DNA from: Bdellovibrionota bacterium | GTDB lineage: Bacteria; Bdellovibrionota_G; JALEGL01; DATDPG01 | DNA length: 64,000 nucleotides | NCBI GenBank assembly: GCA_963668355.1 | Contig: OY764265.1 | Span: 384,001-448,000 of the forward strand | Direction of reading: 5' to 3' | Part shown: positions 56,829-64,000 of the stretch, in pieces | How positions within the stretch are numbered: position 1 is the stretch's first letter | Layout of the letters: each line of letters begins with the position of its first letter | Program-made: the position numbers and the translations under genes | The notes under the pieces: model-generated | Seen by the model: the letters and a program-made list of their open reading frames with translations, nothing else | What the model was told of the DNA's origin: nothing | The model's database searches: none

Positions 56829-58292
56829 TTGCTAAAGATGAACGCCATGAACCCTTCGAAACGAAACATTCCATGGCCTCGCCATAGGCAAGCCCAACGA
56901 CTCACCCTTTCTCTTCTTCTGTTCTGTGCCCTCTCGGCCTTTTTAACACCTAAGCACTCTCTGGCCGCCGACTCATCTTCATTGCCAGACGATGTTGTCG
57001 TGGGTTATCTCGAAAACTGGCACGACGTAAAACTGTCTGACGTTCACCCCGCTTATAATGTTGTGATGTTGGCGTTTGCCGAACCTGCCCAAGGGAGCAC
57101 ATACGACATGCGGTATTGGATTCCGGAAGGATATGAAGGCACCTTCGAAGAACGTAGAGAACAGTTTCTCACGGACATTCAAAACCTGCACAACGCCGGA
57201 GGAAACAAACGGGTTCTCTTGAGCATCGGTGGCGCAGATACCGAAGTCTTCTTACACAATGACAATGAACGTCGAACCTTCGTCAACTCCATGCTCCAAA
57301 TTTTTTCCATGTTGGATTATCAAATCGATGGCATAGACCTAGACTTGGAATCCACCTCTCTCAATTTCGGCCCCTGGACCCTCAACAATCCCGCTGAAGG
57401 ACAAAGACAGATGATCCTCGCCATTCAAGAGCTAATGGCAGACTACCAACACGTCACAAACAAAAAACTACTTTTGACGATGGCTCCAGAAACGCCTTAT
57501 GTCCAAGGAGGCTACAGCCGGTGGCAGGTGCTCGATTGGAATGGAGGCACCTACCTGCCGATCATCCACGCTTTGAGAGACGAACTAGATTTGATTCACT
57601 GCCAATTGTATAACGCCGGTGGAACCACGCCGGGAAGTGGCATGTTGGCATTGGACGGAGCCACGTACCAAGATGACGGCGGTCCGGATTTCCTTTTGGC
57701 CATGACCGACATGGTTTTGCACGGGTTCGATATAGTCGATGGCTCAGGCACCGTCGTAGAACACTTCGATCCGATTCCAGATGAAAAGGTGGCCGTCGGA
57801 TTACCTGCAAGTTCCTGCATGGACGACACCACCGGGCATATTGGAACCGAAGACGTGTGCACCGCCTTTCAATACTTAAGAGGCGTCATCGAAAAACCGG
57901 AGGGAGCCAACTGGAAATACACCTTGCGAGAAAGATATCCAGAATTAAGGGGCTTGATGACATGGTCCATTTACTGGGATTCCATCTCTTGCGATGGCCC
58001 GTGGTCTTTCGCCGAGAACGCAAGTTGCGCCTTTTCGGGCGACACGATTGCTCAAGGAAAGTCGAGAGTAAACATTCACCCCAATCCGGCTACGGAAACG
58101 GTTAGTGTCCGGGTTTCACCCTTCCAGAATCATCCCATTCAACGATACCAAGTATTCGACGTTCATGGCCGCCAAGTTCTTCGAGGGAAGCTCGATGTCA
58201 GGGGAACTCGCCTCGATGTATCCCGCTTGCCGGCAGGGGTTTACTTTATGAGCGTGGGATCGGCAGTCACCAAATTCTCCCTCATTCGATAA
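56829..58292 (+). CDS. GH18 chitinase with C-terminal T9SS (Por) type-A sorting-like domain
   Basis: Signal peptide; VVGYLENW, LLSIGGA, catalytic DGIDLDLE, LTMAPE, QLYN and GLMTWS..WD; tail IHPNPAT...VFDVHGRQV...LDVSRLPAGVYF. Confidence 0.88.
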   Translation: MLKMNAMNPSKRNIPWPRHRQAQRLTLSLLLFCALSAFLTPKHSLAADSSSLPDDVVVGYLENWHDVKLSDVHPAYNVVMLAFAEPAQGSTYDMRYWIPEGYEGTFEERREQFLTDIQNLHNAGGNKRVLLSIGGADTEVFLHNDNERRTFVNSMLQIFSMLDYQIDGIDLDLESTSLNFGPWTLNNPAEGQRQMILAIQELMADYQHVTNKKLLLTMAPETPYVQGGYSRWQVLDWNGGTYLPIIHALRDELDLIHCQLYNAGGTTPGSGMLALDGATYQDDGGPDFLLAMTDMVLHGFDIVDGSGTVVEHFDPIPDEKVAVGLPASSCMDDTTGHIGTEDVCTAFQYLRGVIEKPEGANWKYTLRERYPELRGLMTWSIYWDSISCDGPWSFAENASCAFSGDTIAQGKSRVNIHPNPATETVSVRVSPFQNHPIQRYQVFDVHGRQVLRGKLDVRGTRLDVSRLPAGVYFMSVGSAVTKFSLIR

Positions 58293-58395
58293 TGCCGTAA
58301 CAAATGAAGATGTTTCTTTTAAAACAAAAACCTATAGTCCCTTCGATTGGGGTTTCCTTTTCCATAAGCGTTCCCTCAGAAAGCGGGTTAGAGTC

Positions 58396-59469
58396 ATGAA
58401 AAACAAAAAGACATCAAACCCTCCACATCTAACTTTGGCATGGGTCTCATCTTTTCTCTTCGTACTCACATCACTTACGCCAATGTCTCACGCTCGGGCC
58501 GAAGCAGGTGACTACCTCCTGAAAGAAGGCCCCCCAGCCAATCAATACAATGGAACGCCCTACCTTTTCTTGTTTCAGCCTGATTTCGAAGATGACCGTT
58601 GCCTCGACACCCTAGCCGGCCTCTATTGGAACGAAGACGACTACTTTATGCAAACCAGGCTTTTCACGCGCGTAGGCGAAAAAGGGCTAACCATTCAACG
58701 CATATCTCACAATTCCATGTGGAACGACTTCGGAGGAAAAAACCACTGGTTTGAGGAGTTTGACCAGACCCTAACAATCGGCGTTACCCAAGCCGAGCAG
58801 GATCACGCGGCCAGAAGGTATACTTCCAAGCTCGTTTACTGCCAAGGTCCGAATCGTCTGATCAGCGCCAGGATTGAGCACCGACTGCACGGCGAAAATT
58901 TTAAAACCACGGCAAGTTTACTCGGCAGCGCCTCCTCTTACCTCGTTTATAATATTTGGGAACGCGTACAAGGCCCACAGGGCGAACCCCGTGTGCGCCA
59001 CGATATCGGTTGGGAACAGATGTTTCACCGCAGCTCCTCCCCTTATCTCGATGGAAAACCTCAAGATGACCTTCGACCCGATTCCACAAGAAAAGCCCTG
59101 ATCGGACGAAAAATCATGCCCGTCCAGCTGACCAACCGAGAGGCATTATCGATTCCATTTGAGCAACTCGATTTTGGTCTCTTTTCTGTAGAGCCTATGG
59201 TTACCACTCCTTTAAACACGATCGTCGAGGATGAAGCCTATGCAGAGCTATTAGAAGACGCTCCCTTATGGGTCTTCGGTGAAAACCTCATCACCGAATA
59301 TGGTCCTCAACTCCTCTTCCCCGACCATGACTGCCATACACTGAGAAGCAAAACCCCTACCGAAAACGACATTCAAGCACGCAAAAATTTTATTCGAGCC
59401 ACCATGCAAGAAAAGTGGGGACCCCTTGAAAGTCATCGAATCGTCAGCTTCGAATCCAGGTATCGATAA
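58396..59469 (+). CDS. Hypothetical exported protein
   Basis: 357 aa ORF with a signal peptide (..SHARA); no recognised motif. Confidence 0.7.
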   Translation: MKNKKTSNPPHLTLAWVSSFLFVLTSLTPMSHARAEAGDYLLKEGPPANQYNGTPYLFLFQPDFEDDRCLDTLAGLYWNEDDYFMQTRLFTRVGEKGLTIQRISHNSMWNDFGGKNHWFEEFDQTLTIGVTQAEQDHAARRYTSKLVYCQGPNRLISARIEHRLHGENFKTTASLLGSASSYLVYNIWERVQGPQGEPRVRHDIGWEQMFHRSSSPYLDGKPQDDLRPDSTRKALIGRKIMPVQLTNREALSIPFEQLDFGLFSVEPMVTTPLNTIVEDEAYAELLEDAPLWVFGENLITEYGPQLLFPDHDCHTLRSKTPTENDIQARKNFIRATMQEKWGPLESHRIVSFESRYR

Positions 59470-59545
59470 CCCTCTAAGAGATAAACACTTATTAGAAACA
59501 AAAACTTAAATCGCATTTAACTCGGTGCAGTTTTGGATTTGGCAG

Positions 59546-60112
59546 TTAGCCCTCTCCACCACACTCAGCGTGGGGAATATACTCATCCATATGATCCATG
59601 CAATCTCGACAAAAAGCCATCACGATGCAGCCATCCTTGAGCCGTACATGTCGATCACTTTGACATGAGGAACAGACCGGAATGTGTGACAAGGAATCAT
59701 GAAGAAGTCCGACGTTCTTTAGATGGGTTCGCGTAACAAATCCAAGCATTTTGTCGCGAAACATCACGGGTAGACAACCTACGCCCTCTTTGCGCATTCT
59801 CTCTGCCGCGACTTCGAGGGAATCTCCCGAAGAAATCAGGACCAAAGGCCCCTGAATGCAAGTCTCCACTTTGTCTTCGGGATGGGCTTTTTCGAGATCG
59901 CAAGCGCATACAACACCTACAACAGCCTCCATCTCCGTAAGGACCAGGTAATGACCTTTTCGGCTTTTGAGATAATCTTGGGCGGTTTTCACCGTCTCTT
60001 TGGAAGAAAGTGTGGGGGCTGATTTCCTCATCACCGAGTAGAGAGTTATTTTTTCCATAGCTTTGCTCGAAGATGCAAACGTGGCATCCGGTTGTGTTTG
60101 TTCATGGGACAT
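59546..60112 (-). CDS. CBS-pair domain protein with C-terminal CxxC...CxxC
   Basis: VM....PTLS..ETV..A...L, VVGVV...DL, DSLE.AAERM....VGCLPV...LGFVT; CSSC and CRDC. Confidence 0.8.
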   Translation of the reverse strand: MSHEQTQPDATFASSSKAMEKITLYSVMRKSAPTLSSKETVKTAQDYLKSRKGHYLVLTEMEAVVGVVCACDLEKAHPEDKVETCIQGPLVLISSGDSLEVAAERMRKEGVGCLPVMFRDKMLGFVTRTHLKNVGLLHDSLSHIPVCSSCQSDRHVRLKDGCIVMAFCRDCMDHMDEYIPHAECGGEG

Positions 60113-60139
60113 CTCTATTTATCGCCTTTTTAGAACTTG

Positions 60140-60184
60140 ATGAATATAAGGAACTTTAAGGAATACAGTTCGATTTTTTCGAAC
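60140..60184. promoter_or_regulatory. Putative LysR (NhaR) operator, copy 1
   Basis: ATGAATATAAGGAACTTT-N10-GTTCG-N7-CGAAC between the divergent CBS gene and nhaR. Confidence 0.7.
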
Positions 60185-60197
60185 TATAGTGTAAGCC

Positions 60198-61100
60198 ATG
60201 GGTTGGCTCAATTATCACCACTTGTACTACTTCTGGGTCGTTGCAAAAGAGGGCGGCTTGACCCGCGCATGCAAGAAACTACGGCTCGCCAAACCCACTG
60301 TCAGTGGTCAGATTCGTAGGTTGGAGGAAGTCCTCGGAGAAAAATTGTTTGAAAAAACCGGCCGGCACTTGGTCATGACAGAAATCGGAAGGGTAGTCTT
60401 TCGCTATGCCGAAGAAATATTTCCCACGGGCCAAGAGTTGATGGAGGCGGTAAAGGGGCAAAAATCCGATCGTCCCGCACGCTTGGCGGTTGGAGTGGCC
60501 GGCGTTCTTCCTAAACCGATTGTTCACCGCCTGCTGAAACCTGCGTTTCATTTAGAGAGACAAACGGCGATCATCTGCCACGAAGATCGCTCCGTTGAGC
60601 AGTTCCTAGCCCAATTGGTTGTGCACGAACTCGACTTGGTGCTATCCGATGCGCCGGCCGGACCGTTCACGGGAATCAAAGTCTTCAGCCACCATTTGGG
60701 AGAATGTGGAACCACTTTTTTTGCCAAGCCTTCCAGAGCCAAGGCGTTGGCGCGAAACTTTCCAAAGTCGTTAAACGACGAAGCCTTCCTACTCCCCAGC
60801 CCGAAGTCCATGCTTCGAAAGTCGTTGGATCAATGGTTTTACGAACAGGACGTGCACCCAAAAATTATGGGGGAATTCGATGACCCGGCTCTGATGGACG
60901 TATTTGGTCAAGGAGGAAGTGGAATCTTTCCCGGTCCCTCGGTCATCGAAGACAACCTCTTAAGACGCTATCGTGTCCAGGTGGTCGGTCGAGCCAAGTC
61001 ACTTCGACATCGGTTTTATGCGCTTTCGGCCGAAAGGCGCTTGAAAAATCCTGCTGTCATTGCCATCTGCGAGTCGGCTCGTCGCGAACTATTTCGTTAA
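60198..61100 (+). CDS. nhaR: LysR-family transcriptional activator, NhaR-like
   Basis: WLNYHHLYYFWVVAKEG, TVSGQI..LEE.LGEKLF, LDLVLSDAP, GEFDD.ALM..FG and ERRLKNPAV. Confidence 0.9.
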   Translation: MGWLNYHHLYYFWVVAKEGGLTRACKKLRLAKPTVSGQIRRLEEVLGEKLFEKTGRHLVMTEIGRVVFRYAEEIFPTGQELMEAVKGQKSDRPARLAVGVAGVLPKPIVHRLLKPAFHLERQTAIICHEDRSVEQFLAQLVVHELDLVLSDAPAGPFTGIKVFSHHLGECGTTFFAKPSRAKALARNFPKSLNDEAFLLPSPKSMLRKSLDQWFYEQDVHPKIMGEFDDPALMDVFGQGGSGIFPGPSVIEDNLLRRYRVQVVGRAKSLRHRFYALSAERRLKNPAVIAICESARRELFR

Positions 61101-61126
61101 GAACAAAAACACGTTCAAAACATAAA

Positions 61127-61158
61127 CAACCCACAGCACGGGCTCATGCTGTGGGTTG
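61127..61158. terminator. Stem-loop between convergent nhaR and csbD-like genes
   Basis: CAACCCACAGCA-cgggctca-TGCTGTGGGTTG; followed by TTT on the - strand. Confidence 0.7.
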
Positions 61159-61229
61159 CTCACTTGCGTCACAGTCGATTCTTTACATAGGGGGAAAAGA
61201 ATGAAACAACCGCGCACGTAAGCTGTTAA

Positions 61230-61427
61230 CTATTTTGGAAGCGACATTTGAAATTCAGCGATTTCTTTTTGCGTGTCCTCTTTAGACCGTTCGTAGATCG
61301 AAGACACTTTGTTGGCAAGAACATCCATGTCTTTTCCGATATCACGAACATCCCCATCGGTTAACTTGCCCCATCTGGCTTGAAGTTTCTCTCCGAAAGT
61401 CGTTTCGGATCCTGCTGCTTCTGTCAT
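61230..61427 (-). CDS. CsbD-like general stress protein
   Basis: KLQARWGKLTDGD...IG...D.L..KV...Y..SKE....EI..F matches the CsbD/YjbJ pattern; AGGAG RBS. Confidence 0.75.
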   Translation of the reverse strand: MTEAAGSETTFGEKLQARWGKLTDGDVRDIGKDMDVLANKVSSIYERSKEDTQKEIAEFQMSLPK

Positions 61428-61479
61428 TTTGATTCTCCTGGTGATTGATTGACTTCATCTATAGACCCGCTGAAAGTTA

Positions 61480-61524
61480 ATGAATATAAGGAACTTTGGT
61501 TTATTTCATTCGCAATTTACGAAT
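61480..61524. promoter_or_regulatory. Putative LysR (NhaR) operator, copy 2
   Basis: ATGAATATAAGGAACTTT-N10-ATTCG-N7-CGAAT upstream of the csbD-like gene; same spacing as copy 1. Confidence 0.7.
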
Positions 61525-61656
61525 GATCATTCAAAGCCTTCGTACGAAAGCTTTCCGCTTCATTTCTTTGGTTAAGCGTTATCTCCTAGCTGAATGGGAG
61601 TTCGGTTGGTACACTTCAAACACAATCCACTCTAACCTTTTTCTTCCGGGAGAATT

Positions 61657-62976
61657 TTGAAGCTATTACTCATCGCGCCGGGGCGACTCGGCGTTCGTGC
61701 GCGCAAGGGAAAAAATATTCATCAACTAAACTTGGCCCTTCTGGCAGGCTTAGCCACACCCTATTTTGACGAAATCAAAATCGTGGAAGAAGACTTTGTC
61801 GATCTGAATTTGGAAGAATCCGCTGACCTGGTCGGCATAACCATGCTGACATGCCAAGCCAATCGAGGCTACGAACTGGGCGACCATTTTCGGAAAAAGG
61901 GGATTCCAACCATATGCGGGGGGCCGCACCCCTCATATGTAGTGGAAGAATCCCTGCAGCACTTTGATGCTGTGGTCAAACATGAAGCTGAGAACACCTG
62001 GGCCCAACTCATGACCGATTTTTTTGCTGGAAATTTGCAACCCGTATACGAATCGAACACACCAGCAGACTTGAGCCAGCTACCCATGCCACGAAAAGAT
62101 CTGTTCCAGGGAAACCCTGCCACCCTCAACGCTCAAGTTCTGCAAACGGGTCGTGGATGTCCCTTTGGGTGTTATTTCTGCACCGTCACCGTAACTTACG
62201 GAAAAAAGTTTCGTACGCGTCCAGTGGCTCAAGTGATTGAAGAAATTCGAAGGTTTCCATCCAAAATTTTCTTTTTCGTGGATGATAATATCTTTTTTGA
62301 CCCTGAATATGCCTATGAACTATTCGAAGCTCTCATCCCCCTCAAAATTCGTTGGGGCAGCCAAGGATCTCTCAATCGCATTGCGAGCGATGATAAACTT
62401 TTGTCTTTGGCGGTGCGTTCAGGCTGCATGAGTCTTTTTGTGGGTATTGAGTCTCTGGAGCAAGAGACGCTAAAAACTGCCCACAAATCTTTCAATCGAG
62501 TCGAAGACTATGAAAAGAACATTCGCAAAGTTCATCGCGCGGGCATCAACATAATTGGCGCCTTCATTTTTGGTTTTGATGTGGACACGCCGGCCACCTT
62601 TCGCAAAGTTCAAGATTTTGCGATCGCCAACGGGATCATGCTTTTAAGCACGGGAATTCTCACCCCTTTTCCAGGAACCAGGCTATTTGATGAACTGGAA
62701 GCCAAAGGATTGATTGAAGACCATGATTGGTCACGTTATGACGGTGGAAAACTGGTCTGGCGCCACCCCACCTTTACCAAAGAACAGATCGAATGGGAGA
62801 AGAACCATCTAAGCGCCAGATTCTATTCACCCAACTCGATCCTAAAACGTTTCTGGGCCAATCGACGTCATCCACTATACTTTTCTGCTTTAAATGCGGT
62901 TAATTGGCGCAAAAACAAAGACCATGGAAAATTAACCATTCCTGAAGGGTGTCAAAAAAGCGCTTCCTCACAATGA
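61657..62976 (+). CDS. B12-binding domain radical SAM protein
   Basis: N-terminal cobalamin-binding-like region (DLVGIT..GGPHPS), RGCPFGCYFC (CxxxCxxC), FFVDDN, GIES and TPFPGT. Confidence 0.9.
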   Translation: MKLLLIAPGRLGVRARKGKNIHQLNLALLAGLATPYFDEIKIVEEDFVDLNLEESADLVGITMLTCQANRGYELGDHFRKKGIPTICGGPHPSYVVEESLQHFDAVVKHEAENTWAQLMTDFFAGNLQPVYESNTPADLSQLPMPRKDLFQGNPATLNAQVLQTGRGCPFGCYFCTVTVTYGKKFRTRPVAQVIEEIRRFPSKIFFFVDDNIFFDPEYAYELFEALIPLKIRWGSQGSLNRIASDDKLLSLAVRSGCMSLFVGIESLEQETLKTAHKSFNRVEDYEKNIRKVHRAGINIIGAFIFGFDVDTPATFRKVQDFAIANGIMLLSTGILTPFPGTRLFDELEAKGLIEDHDWSRYDGGKLVWRHPTFTKEQIEWEKNHLSARFYSPNSILKRFWANRRHPLYFSALNAVNWRKNKDHGKLTIPEGCQKSASSQ

Positions 62977-63269
62977 TAGGCCTTGCTTTATGTTTGAAAG
63001 AAGCCTATAAGGCGGTCAAAGATTTCGTATTGCCTCTTTGTCGACTACGCAGGCTGGGTTTCCCAGCAGATCCAAACTGGATCCAATGATTTCAAAATCA
63101 TCTTCGCTCTTCACCAAAGAATCCCGGGCTACCGGAGCAAACCGATTCTTACGCCTCATTTGATAAGCAAGTGACGCAACTATATTTGAAGCAGAACGTG
63201 AAACGAAGTTCGTGAAAAGACACTAGTCCTGTCGCGCATTCCAAACACCGATTGCAATAAAGGAAAACC

Positions 63270-64000
63270 ATGAAAGATTTTAAACAATTTAATTTACCGC
63301 ACCCGCTCGTAAAAGCACTCGATGCCTTGCAGTTTACGACGCCCACGCCCATACAAGCCGAAGCAATTCCCCCGGCCTTGGAAGGAAAAGACGTGTTGGG
63401 CACCGCCCAAACCGGCACCGGAAAAACCGTCGCTTTTGGCATCCCCTTGGTGACGCATATTTTGTCCAATTCAAGAAGTACGGCCTTGATCCTTACACCG
63501 ACTCGCGAACTTGCAATGCAAATCCATGATGCGATCAAGGACTTAACGAAACAAACCTCTCTCTATTCGGTGTTATTGATCGGTGGCGACTCAATGCCTA
63601 AACAGATCGGCCTTTTAAAAAATCGGCCACGTATCATCATCGGCACGCCTGGTCGCATCTTTGACCATTTGGATCGCGGTACGCTCATGCTTCACAGTGT
63701 GGACTTTTTGGTCTTGGATGAAACCGATCGCATGCTGGATATGGGATTTTCCATTCAATTGGAACACATCGCCCGTTTCTTAACTCGAAAACGACAAACC
63801 TTGATGTTTTCCGCCACCCTCCCCAAAGAAATCTTAAGCGTGGCCGCGAAGTATTTGAATAACCCTACGCGCGTGTCCGTGGGCTCGATCACCGCACCCA
63901 TTGCCAAAATTGAACAGAAGTCTCTTCGCGTTCAAGTGGATGAGAAATTTTCCTCCCTCGTAGACGAGTTACATCAACGAAAAGGCTCCATCATTGTTTT
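63270..64000 (+). CDS. DEAD/DEAH-box RNA helicase, 5' part (runs off the window)
   Basis: Not in the ORF track. Manual translation from ATG 63270: MKDFKQFNL..PTPIQ (Q motif), AQTGTGKT, PTRELA, TPGR, LDETDRMLDMGF and FSAT. Confidence 0.92.
   Translation, partial: MKDFKQFNLPHPLVKALDALQFTTPTPIQAEAIPPALEGKDVLGTAQTGTGKTVAFGIPLVTHILSNSRSTALILTPTRELAMQIHDAIKDLTKQTSLYSVLLIGGDSMPKQIGLLKNRPRIIIGTPGRIFDHLDRGTLMLHSVDFLVLDETDRMLDMGFSIQLEHIARFLTRKRQTLMFSATLPKEILSVAAKYLNNPTRVSVGSITAPIAKIEQKSLRVQVDEKFSSLVDELHQRKGSIIV

Noticed and set aside
60150..60157. GGAACTT as an ECF sigma -35 element (also at 61490)
   Set aside because: There is no matching ECF -10 at the right spacing on the + strand; the shared palindrome and gene orientation fit a LysR operator better.
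63715..63730. DETD instead of DEAD in the helicase
   Set aside because: A tolerated DExD variant; the other motifs are intact.
1..64000. CRISPR arrays, tRNA/rRNA genes, IS elements, integrases
   Set aside because: No regularly spaced repeats, cloverleaf-like sequences or transposase/recombinase motifs were seen; intergenic gaps are short. A covariance-model scan would be needed to exclude small RNAs.

Overview
Bacterial chromosomal window (roughly mid-GC, densely coding) with about 63 protein-coding genes. I recognised no rRNA, tRNA, CRISPR array, transposase or prophage. The gene content (sigma-54 promoter, PilW/PilX-like proteins, PA14 lipoprotein, small beta-barrels, RRM protein) suggests a Gram-negative delta-proteobacteria-like lineage such as Bdellovibrionota or Myxococcota; this is inference only. 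Highlights: (1) a tightly coupled lipid-biosynthesis operon of at least 9 genes at 1-9482 (degenerate HAD, two fatty-acyl reductases, a pyruvyl-transferase-fold protein, two acyl-AMP ligases, a crotonase, an ACP and a DAG/sphingosine-kinase-family gene) that looks like a split, re-tooled relative of the myxobacterial elb ether-lipid cluster; (2) a 1802-aa exported orphan protein behind a sigma-54-type promoter, with a cryptic methyltransferase-like fold, an internal ~160-aa duplication and a Gly/Ala-rich hydrophobic C-terminal region; (3) a divergent GNAT + Orr-type racemase / M20 amidohydrolase + Alr cluster; (4) a GH18 chitinase with a Bacteroidota-type T9SS tail; (5) a duplicated operator that defines a small NhaR-like regulon; (6) a terC gene collapsed by an out-of-frame internal deletion that the ORF track misses. 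The remainder is housekeeping and stress genes (pfkA, sdhACDB, msrA, ccp, ogt, atl, srkA, rfbB, yajQ, trmO, DEAD-box helicase). All calls come from motif recognition by eye; no database searches were run.
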